Below are positions 17,329-25,104 of a stretch of 33,364 nucleotides of DNA, in pieces (the first letter of the stretch is position 1; every line of letters begins with the position of its first letter). Source of the stretch: Candidatus Micrarchaeia archaeon (GTDB lineage: Archaea > Micrarchaeota > Micrarchaeia > Micrarchaeales > CABMGC01); assembly GCA_049964835.1 (NCBI GenBank), contig JBMFWW010000006.1, positions 1 to 33,364 on the forward strand, written 5' to 3'. Made by a program: the position numbers and the translations under genes. The notes beneath the pieces were generated by a model, which saw only the letters and a list, made by a program, of their open reading frames with translations, was not told where the DNA came from and ran no database searches.

Positions 17329-18678
17329 TTACTCATTCATTTCGGGATATAATGGGAATGAGTTTGCAAGAGACGCTACTTCAGAACGTATGCTTAACAA
17401 TGAGTTGTTGTTTTTGATATCTTCCTTGAATTTTTTAATATAAGTTAAACGCTCCTCCTTTGTATCAGGAAGTCTGCTATCTTTTATTATCTCCAATATA
17501 TTTGAAATATATTCTGAAATTTGTTTCATTTGTGTTTCTTTCATTCCGCGAGAGGTTACAGCCGGAGTTCCCATTCTTATTCCGCTTGGATAAAATGCTG
17601 AAGAGCGCTCTCCAGGTACTGTATTCTTATTCAAAGTTATTCCAGAAATATCAAGTGCTTCTTGAGCAAAAATGCCTAGCCCTGGTGCTATGTCAGTTAA
17701 ATCTGCAAGTATCATATGATTATCAGTACCGTTAGTAACAAGTTTTATTCCATGATCCATCAATGAACGTGCGAGAGTCTTTGCATTAAAAACGATTTGG
17801 TTTGCATAAACCTTAAACTCTTGAGTAGATGCTTGTTTTAATGCTATTGCTATAGCAGCTACTACATTGTCATGAGGACCGCCTTGCATTCCTGGAAAAA
17901 CAGATTTATCTAGCTTTGAAGGAAGGTCGGGATCTTTTTCTAAACCCTTTTTTGTAGCCATTATTATTGCTCCTCTGGGACCGCGTAAGGTCTTATGTGT
18001 TGTAGTTGTTATTACATCTACATACTTTTCTGGACTCTCGTGAACCCCCGCTATTACAAGACCAGAAATATGAGAAATATCTGCTGCAAGATATGCACCT
18101 ATAGATTCTGCTATTTCACTAAACTCTTTAAATGGCAACTTTCTTACATAAGCAGTAGAGCCAACCCATATTAATTTTGGTTTATTCTCCTCTGCTAATC
18201 TTCTTACTTCATCTATATTTATGTATCCATCTTCCGTAACACCATATTGAACACTTTTGAACAACTGACCGGTAGCGCTTGAGTTCCATCCGTGTGTTAA
18301 ATGACCTCCAGAGGTAAGACTCTGCCCCATTATTGTGTCGCCAGGTTTGCATAGTGCAAGATAAACCTCCATATTTGCTGGAGAACCAGAGTATGGTTGC
18401 ACATTTGCGTATTCTACATTAAATAATTTTTTAGCTCGATTTTCAGCAATTATCTCTATTTGATCTATAAACTCGTTTCCGCCATAATATCTTTTTTTAG
18501 GATAACCTTCTGAGTATTTGTTTGTGAGTATGCTGCCCATCGCCTGCATCACTGCTTCGCTGGTGAAGTTTTCAGAGGGTATTAATTCTATTGAAGATCT
18601 TTGTCTCTCAAGCTCTTTTTCCATAAGCACAAGTAACTCTTCATCACACTCCCTTATTCTTGAAAACCAACTCACCAT
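17329..18678 (-). CDS. glyA: Serine hydroxymethyltransferase
   Basis: ELIPSENF, NKYSEGYP, GGHLTHG, TTTHKTLRGPRG, SGIRMGTPA. Confidence 0.98.
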   Translation of the reverse strand: MVSWFSRIRECDEELLVLMEKELERQRSSIELIPSENFTSEAVMQAMGSILTNKYSEGYPKKRYYGGNEFIDQIEIIAENRAKKLFNVEYANVQPYSGSPANMEVYLALCKPGDTIMGQSLTSGGHLTHGWNSSATGQLFKSVQYGVTEDGYINIDEVRRLAEENKPKLIWVGSTAYVRKLPFKEFSEIAESIGAYLAADISHISGLVIAGVHESPEKYVDVITTTTHKTLRGPRGAIIMATKKGLEKDPDLPSKLDKSVFPGMQGGPHDNVVAAIAIALKQASTQEFKVYANQIVFNAKTLARSLMDHGIKLVTNGTDNHMILADLTDIAPGLGIFAQEALDISGITLNKNTVPGERSSAFYPSGIRMGTPAVTSRGMKETQMKQISEYISNILEIIKDSRLPDTKEERLTYIKKFKEDIKNNNSLLSIRSEVASLANSFPLYPEMNE

Positions 18679-18692
18679 TTACCACACCAATT

Positions 18693-19757
18693 TTATTTTT
18701 TTAACTTTCTTTTAAGTGTTAATAGTAGTGCCGACATAAAAGCCACAGATGCTACTAAAAATATTATTATATAAAATACTTGAGAGGGATCTTCTAGTAT
18801 AAAAAATATTGCGAATGCAAGACTTATGAAGGAAAATATTGGAGGAATTGCTGGAAGTCCAACCTTATATTTACGCAGTATGAACATTGTTGCCAGAACG
18901 CCCATACCTGAAAAAACTATTATCAAAAATGATAAAAATAGATTTGCTGTTGCTGCATAAGAGCCAGTTGCAACAGCGGCAGGTAACATTATGTCACCAT
19001 TACCTAACATTATACTTGACAATAAAGGAACCTCGCCTCTTTTTATTACTTCAGAAAGATGTTCAGAAAAATTTTTATTATGCTTTACTGCTTTGTTGAA
19101 TGCTGCTCTTTCTTTTTTGCTAACCTCTTTTTTAGGCACAGACTCCATATCAGAAGATACAATCATAAATGATAGATCCATTTTCATAGCTTGTTTTGCA
19201 AGAGGTATCATAAATTTTAATACAAAAACCGCAATATAGTCGTAAACTGCAAATGCAGCAATTAATAGGTAAAGAAAAAGTACATTGCCAAAACCTACTC
19301 CGATAAGTATGCCAACACCTATGCTGCTAACCAATGTTGTAACATTTCTTATTCTAAAGTTTGATCGTTTCTTAGATTTTATTATGAGCAAAGAAAATGA
19401 CAGTGTAAATGATATTATAAGAACATATAAAAATGATATATAATTAGAAAATATAGAGTCAATTAGAAGAAAGAAAACAGTACCTGAACCAAGTACTACG
19501 ATATATGCTTCAAGTATCTTAAATATCAACTCATTTTTAAATCGCTTGAGTATTATTTCTATTATCAAAAATATTACTACAACATCTATTATGAAAGAAA
19601 GAATTGTGCTGAGCGTATTTGCTCGATTTAATATTATATTCTCGAGATTTAATGCTTGAGGAAGACCTATTACTATTAAAAAAAGTGCTATAAGCTGAGC
19701 CAATAGAAATAATGAAAATATACTAAGTATTTGACGATTATCTATTCTACGCTCTAT
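18693..19757 (-). CDS. Presenilin/SPP-family intramembrane aspartyl protease (probable ATA start)
   Basis: AVYDYIAVF (YD), LGNGD (GxGD), LPAIPP (PAL-like). Frame stays open 18 codons upstream of TTG 19703 to ATA 19757. Confidence 0.88.
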   Translation of the reverse strand: MERRIDNRQILSIFSLFLLAQLIALFLIVIGLPQALNLENIILNRANTLSTILSFIIDVVVIFLIIEIILKRFKNELIFKILEAYIVVLGSGTVFFLLIDSIFSNYISFLYVLIISFTLSFSLLIIKSKKRSNFRIRNVTTLVSSIGVGILIGVGFGNVLFLYLLIAAFAVYDYIAVFVLKFMIPLAKQAMKMDLSFMIVSSDMESVPKKEVSKKERAAFNKAVKHNKNFSEHLSEVIKRGEVPLLSSIMLGNGDIMLPAAVATGSYAATANLFLSFLIIVFSGMGVLATMFILRKYKVGLPAIPPIFSFISLAFAIFFILEDPSQVFYIIIFLVASVAFMSALLLTLKRKLKK

Positions 19758-19765
19758 TTCAACAC

Positions 19766-21832
19766 CTAAAGACTTTCTTCGCTCCTCTTTACTAATTTTA
19801 TTACGCCCTGTCTTGGACTGAATACGTCTCCGCTTCTTTCAAGATCAAAAATATACTTGCTCGTTGTATTTCTGTCTATTCCTTGCTTTTCTGCTTCTTC
19901 TAAAATTCTTGCTATTTTTGCACTCTCTTCATCTTTTTCAAGCTGTTTTATTATCGAAAGTATTGTATTTATTCTATCTACCTTTTCTCTAGGCATACCT
20001 GTTAAAAGCATATCTATATCCTTTCTTCCACCACGATCTACTGCAAGACTACTTAACATATAATCAAAAAGTGATGTAGCGAGTTCCGCATCTTTCTTCT
20101 CTATTGTGCTTGATAGCCTGGACTTTGCACTGCCTTCCGCAAGCCTGATCAAACCTTCAATTTGACGAGGTGTTATAGGAACTGCACCTTTTTTAATTCC
20201 AAGTTTTCTTAATTCAACATAATATGTTTGTATCACATCTGCAGACTCCTTTGTAAGCCTTGGCTTAATGTTTTTTCTTGCATAGGCCACGTACTTTCTT
20301 AACAACTCTTTTTCTATAGGCTGTTTTTCAACCTGCTCAAAATCTTTTTGATCAGCTATCTGGGCTCCAGCGGCTTTATGTTGTATCATTATGTGACTAG
20401 CTATCTCTTTGTCTCTTTCTTCGTCTAATACATCAGTAATCGGGAATATCAAATCAAATCTTGAAAGCAGTGCTGGAGGAATATCGAACTGCTCTGCTGG
20501 AAACTCATTTTTATCAAATCTTCCATATTTTGGATTTGCAGCTGCCAATACAGATGTTTTTGCATTGAACTTAGCAACAATTCCTGCCTTTGCGACGCTT
20601 ATGGTCTGTGATTCTAAAGCTTCAAGGAGCGCTGATTTATCTTCATCGCCTATTTTATCAAATTCGTCTATACTTACCTCTCCTCCCGAACCTAGTACTA
20701 ATGCTCCTGCTTTTAATGTCCAGCCTCCCTCTGAAAATTCATCTCTTTCTGCAGCGGCTGTGAGTCCTGCTCCGCTAGTTGATTTTCCGCTTACGTATAT
20801 TCCCTTCGGAACAAGTTCGGTAACAGCTTGAAGCAATCTTGTTTTTGCGCTACCAGGGTCTCCTATCAATAGCATATGTATATCACTTCTTATGAGTGCT
20901 CCATCTACAAGTTTTTTGTCTGGAGTTCCTCCAAAAAGTTGAAGCACTAGTGCTTTTTTAATCTCATTATGGCCATAAATAGAAGGTGCAATTGATTTTG
21001 ATATCTTATCAAATATTGATGGATCTTTAGATAAATCTAATATCACCGATTTATCTTCTTCTGATATCTCTAACTCAGCAAACTCCTTTTGTTTTGGCTT
21101 TACAGAAACCGTCTCAAAAAACATTGTAAATAGTACTTTGTCTTCTTTGCCTCGCGCGTTTCTTCTGGGTTTTATTCTTAGTATTCCGGTAATGTCTATT
21201 CTATCTCCAGGAATTACCTTATTAACTAGATCGTCTTCTACCCATACCTCTAATTGCCAAGTAGGAGTACTCCCCTTTAATCTTTCGAGAGGGTCTTGCA
21301 CTGCTAATCTTTGCAAATTAGAAAAACGCGAACGTTCAGGATCCTGCTTTAATGACTTTCTTTTACATTGTGGACATATCTCTACAACTGTATCTCGCTC
21401 CATTTTTGTTTCTATGACACTGCCGCAGAAAATACATTTAAAATAGCCTATGTTTACCTTTGGTGTTATCTCCGATCTTTTAACAACTAACGAGTCAAGC
21501 GTAAGAAGCTGTCCTATATACTCTGAACCTACATCCTGTATCATTGGTGATTGTGTAGTTGCACCAAAAAATCTTGCATGTGTAGGTTCTTTTGCTTCGG
21601 GATCTGGATTCATCTTGAAAAGAGCGGTATTTGCTAGTGGTAGTATTTCATCTGGCTTGTGTATTAGTTGCAATGTTAAATCTGTATCAAACCTTTCAAG
21701 ATCTCTAATATCTATATTTAAACTTCTTACCTTAGGGTAACCTATATACATATCCTTTATGTGCTCTGAATAATAATTATTGAAAAACTCTGTGAATTTA
21801 TCCTCTATCTCTGAACTTGCTATTTCATCCAC
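19766..21832 (-). CDS. mcm: MCM replicative helicase
   Basis: Zn finger CxxC...CxxC, GDPGSAKT, IDEFDK, AAANP, LLSRFD, PRQIEGLIRL; GTG start after GGTGA. Confidence 0.98.
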   Translation of the reverse strand: MDEIASSEIEDKFTEFFNNYYSEHIKDMYIGYPKVRSLNIDIRDLERFDTDLTLQLIHKPDEILPLANTALFKMNPDPEAKEPTHARFFGATTQSPMIQDVGSEYIGQLLTLDSLVVKRSEITPKVNIGYFKCIFCGSVIETKMERDTVVEICPQCKRKSLKQDPERSRFSNLQRLAVQDPLERLKGSTPTWQLEVWVEDDLVNKVIPGDRIDITGILRIKPRRNARGKEDKVLFTMFFETVSVKPKQKEFAELEISEEDKSVILDLSKDPSIFDKISKSIAPSIYGHNEIKKALVLQLFGGTPDKKLVDGALIRSDIHMLLIGDPGSAKTRLLQAVTELVPKGIYVSGKSTSGAGLTAAAERDEFSEGGWTLKAGALVLGSGGEVSIDEFDKIGDEDKSALLEALESQTISVAKAGIVAKFNAKTSVLAAANPKYGRFDKNEFPAEQFDIPPALLSRFDLIFPITDVLDEERDKEIASHIMIQHKAAGAQIADQKDFEQVEKQPIEKELLRKYVAYARKNIKPRLTKESADVIQTYYVELRKLGIKKGAVPITPRQIEGLIRLAEGSAKSRLSSTIEKKDAELATSLFDYMLSSLAVDRGGRKDIDMLLTGMPREKVDRINTILSIIKQLEKDEESAKIARILEEAEKQGIDRNTTSKYIFDLERSGDVFSPRQGVIKLVKRSEESL

Positions 21833-21918
21833 AGTATCACCCCTTTACATAGTGTTTATATTTCTAAAGGAATAAAAGAGTGTATCATAAAAGGTTATAT
21901 TTAAAGTTAGGTGGTTAA

Positions 21919-23373
21919 ATAAAATATTATGTTACAACGCCGATATATTACGTTACTGCAAAACCACATATAGGTACTGCCTATGCTACTACAATTGCAG
22001 ATATTATAGCGCGCTGGCATAGACTTTGTGATGATGAGGTATTTTTTCTTACTGGTAGTGATGAACATGGAGAAAAGATAGAGGGGGCTTCGAAAGCGTT
22101 AGGGCAAACGCCAAAAGAAATGGTAGATGAGTTAGCTGAAAAATATAAAAGTACTTGGAAGGAGTTAGACATTTCATATGATAAATTCATAAGAACAACA
22201 GATGAACATCATGAAAAAGTTGTTAAAGAATTCTTTAAAGTCCTATATAATAAAGGGGATATATACAAGGGGTATTATGAAGGATGGTACTGCGTACCAG
22301 ATGAAATGTTCATAACAGAGCTTCAGCTTGTTAATGGTAAATGTCCAGAATGTGGAAGAGAAGTGAAACGCGTAAAGGAGGAGACATATTTTTTTAGATT
22401 AAGTAAATATCAAAATAAATTATTAGAATTTTACGATAAGAATAGTGCATTTCTTATGCCAAAGAAAAGATCACAAGAAATAATAAATAGAGTAAAGGCA
22501 GGGATAAATGATATAAGCATATCTAGAGAAAAGGTAAAATGGGGTGTGAAGCTGCCAATAGATGAAAAACACACGGCTTACGTATGGTTTGATGCTTTAT
22601 TGAATTATTTGAGCGCAGTTGAATGGCCTTCTGAAAAATATAAAAAAATTTGGCCGCCAGATGTCCATATAGTTGGTAAGGAAATTAATTGGTTCCATAC
22701 AGTAATATGGCCATCAATACTTTTTTCTGCAGGAATTGAACCTCCAAAAACTGTATTTGCACATGGATGGTGGACTGTAGACGGTAAAAAAATGAGCAAG
22801 TCTTTAGGCAATTACATAGACCCAATAGAAATTAAAAATAAGTATGGAGTTGATGCACTCAGATACTTTTTTGTAAGAGAGATGCCCTTGGGAGATGATG
22901 CTGATTTCTCTGAAGCTGCATTGATTTCAAGAATAAATGGCGAACTTGTAGATGATCTTGGAAATCTCGTATATAGAACATTGACATTGGCAGAAAGATT
23001 TGATGGTAAAATAGAGGGAAAACCGGAACTTGATAAAAATATAGATATTGAAAAGTTAAAGGAATTAATGAATAAGTTTGATACATTTAGCACAATAAAT
23101 GAGATTTGGAACATTGTAAGAGCTACTAATAAATATATAAATGATAATGAAGCTTGGAAACTTGATGGAGAAAAAATCGGCCATGTCCTTTATAATTTAC
23201 TAGAATCATTAAGGGTTATATCGATACTTTTAATTCCTTTCATGCCAGAAACTGCAGAAAAGATAAGAGTTCAATTAGGAACTGATAAACAAAAAATAGA
23301 TAAATGTAAGTTCTTGCCGTATGATGGGAAAATTAAAAAAGGGAAACATCTTTTTGAAAAGGTAAAGAAGTAA
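21919..23373 (+). CDS. metG: Methionine--tRNA ligase (short form; probable ATA start)
   Basis: In-frame upstream of the track ORF: IKYYVTTPIYYVTAKPHIGTAY...FLTGSDEHG; later YVWFDAL and KMSKS. In-frame TAA at 21916-21918 bounds the frame. Confidence 0.95.
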   Translation: MKYYVTTPIYYVTAKPHIGTAYATTIADIIARWHRLCDDEVFFLTGSDEHGEKIEGASKALGQTPKEMVDELAEKYKSTWKELDISYDKFIRTTDEHHEKVVKEFFKVLYNKGDIYKGYYEGWYCVPDEMFITELQLVNGKCPECGREVKRVKEETYFFRLSKYQNKLLEFYDKNSAFLMPKKRSQEIINRVKAGINDISISREKVKWGVKLPIDEKHTAYVWFDALLNYLSAVEWPSEKYKKIWPPDVHIVGKEINWFHTVIWPSILFSAGIEPPKTVFAHGWWTVDGKKMSKSLGNYIDPIEIKNKYGVDALRYFFVREMPLGDDADFSEAALISRINGELVDDLGNLVYRTLTLAERFDGKIEGKPELDKNIDIEKLKELMNKFDTFSTINEIWNIVRATNKYINDNEAWKLDGEKIGHVLYNLLESLRVISILLIPFMPETAEKIRVQLGTDKQKIDKCKFLPYDGKIKKGKHLFEKVKK

Positions 23374-23913
23374 TTATACATTAGCATTTTTCTTTAGAGA
23401 TATAGAAGCAATTTCTTGCCAATCATAAATCTTTCCGGTTGTCTTGTATAACTTTACCTTGCTTATATGTATTTTATCTATATTTAATGACAGATTTGAT
23501 GCTTCTTCTACACGTTTTTCCATAGGTATATTTGAGTATAAAAGGCTTAGATGTGGGTTGTAATGAACCTCTTCGAACTTCAAGAATTTTTCTGTTCTTT
23601 TCCTAAGCAAATCAAGCTCCTTTGTCTTTTCTATTTTTAAGAATATGCATTTAAAGAAGTCTGTGTCAACTCCTATTCCATTTGATTTCAAATAAAAATC
23701 ATTTTCATTGGAAAAAAACTTTTTGAAAAGTTCTGGAAGATCGTTTTTGAATGGTATTTTTTTAAGAAGCGTTATATGAGGTTCAAAGATTAGAGAGCTA
23801 TATTTTAATGAAAGACCAGATATTATCGGGGTTATTTTCTTTGATGAGTCTTTATCCGGAATGAGCCAAATAGAATAGCCTTCCGCACTCTCTTCTGAAG
23901 AAATATTACTCAT
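23374..23913 (-). CDS. 2H phosphoesterase, cyclic phosphodiesterase (CPDase)-like
   Basis: YSIWLIP, FEPHITL, YNPHLSLLY. Confidence 0.82.
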   Translation of the reverse strand: MSNISSEESAEGYSIWLIPDKDSSKKITPIISGLSLKYSSLIFEPHITLLKKIPFKNDLPELFKKFFSNENDFYLKSNGIGVDTDFFKCIFLKIEKTKELDLLRKRTEKFLKFEEVHYNPHLSLLYSNIPMEKRVEEASNLSLNIDKIHISKVKLYKTTGKIYDWQEIASISLKKNANV

Positions 23914-24044
23914 AATTTAATATATTTAGAATTACTATAAAAAGGTTTTGTAAGAAAAGTTGCTAAGAAGTCGAATTTTAATTAGACATAGCCTAACCAA
24001 AAAATCTTAAAAATAAAGTTAAAAAGTAAAAATAATTAATTAAA

Positions 24045-25100
24045 TTATTTTGATTTCTTTGGCTGTGTTTTTATCTTTTGCATATCTTCTTTCTTTATGG
24101 CCAATCTTACTGAACCTGTACCTATCGGTATTTGTTTTCCTACAAGTATGTTTTCAGTAACACCACGCATGTTGTCTACTTCACTGAATGCTGCTGCGTT
24201 TACTAGGTGTTTGACAGTTTCTTCATAAGCAGCCTTTGCAAATACAGAGTCCTTCTGACCGCTTAATCCATGCCTGCCTATGCCTTTTATGCTTCCTGAA
24301 TAACACATAGCGTCTGCTATTAACATAAGATGTCTTAAATCGACCCCTATCTTTTGCTCATCAAGTGTATTTTTGAGCTCTCTTACAATGGTATTCCTTG
24401 CAGCTTCTATTCCAAAAAGACCATACATTGCAAAGACATCATTAGTGTATAATTTTGATTTGTCTACACCATCAACTTCTATTATGTCACGTATGTTGCT
24501 TCCTGCAGAGATTAAATAAAACTCTCCGGTCTTGTTATTTTGTTGTATTATTGTTTTTCCTGCGTCTGGTATTCCTTGAATTACATCCTTCATTATTTTT
24601 ACACTCATTGTTCTTATTTCAGCTACGTTCTTTGTCTTTAACTTTAGTATAATATTTTTATCCTTTTCAACATTTGCAGATACATTGAACTTTTTAGAGA
24701 TCTTCTGTGCAACCTGACTAGGAGTTAAATTATTTGCATTTAATGCCTGCTCATCTACTATTAGTTTTATCATTCCTTTTGGAAAGTTTTCAAGAACTCT
24801 TTTTATTATTGTTACCATCTTTACCTCGCTTATCTTTTTCATTATTGCTTCAGCTTTATCAAAATTTTTTCTTGCTTCGCTATTTAGATATATGTAAGTT
24901 ATAGGTGTGGCCGGCTTCTTCCTTGCATCAACAAGCTCAACAATTCTTGGCAAACCAGAAGTTGCTATAGTTGATTCAATACCTGCAAAGTGAAATGCTC
25001 TCAAAATCATCTGTGTTCCAGGTTCACCTAAAGACTGCGCAGCTACCATCCCTACGGGTTCACCATAATCTACAACATATTTTTGTTTTTTATCAGCCAT
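24045..25100 (-). CDS. rpoA2: RNA polymerase subunit A'' (Rpo1C)
   Basis: GEPVGMVAAQSLGEPGTQM, GIEAAR, VDLRHLMLIAD, GVTENILVG..IPIGTG. Confidence 0.97.
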   Translation of the reverse strand: MADKKQKYVVDYGEPVGMVAAQSLGEPGTQMILRAFHFAGIESTIATSGLPRIVELVDARKKPATPITYIYLNSEARKNFDKAEAIMKKISEVKMVTIIKRVLENFPKGMIKLIVDEQALNANNLTPSQVAQKISKKFNVSANVEKDKNIILKLKTKNVAEIRTMSVKIMKDVIQGIPDAGKTIIQQNNKTGEFYLISAGSNIRDIIEVDGVDKSKLYTNDVFAMYGLFGIEAARNTIVRELKNTLDEQKIGVDLRHLMLIADAMCYSGSIKGIGRHGLSGQKDSVFAKAAYEETVKHLVNAAAFSEVDNMRGVTENILVGKQIPIGTGSVRLAIKKEDMQKIKTQPKKSK

Positions 25101-25104
25101 AAAA

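Noticed and set aside
19766..21832. Inteins in MCM or RNAP subunits
   Set aside because: Lengths are normal and no intein motifs were seen.
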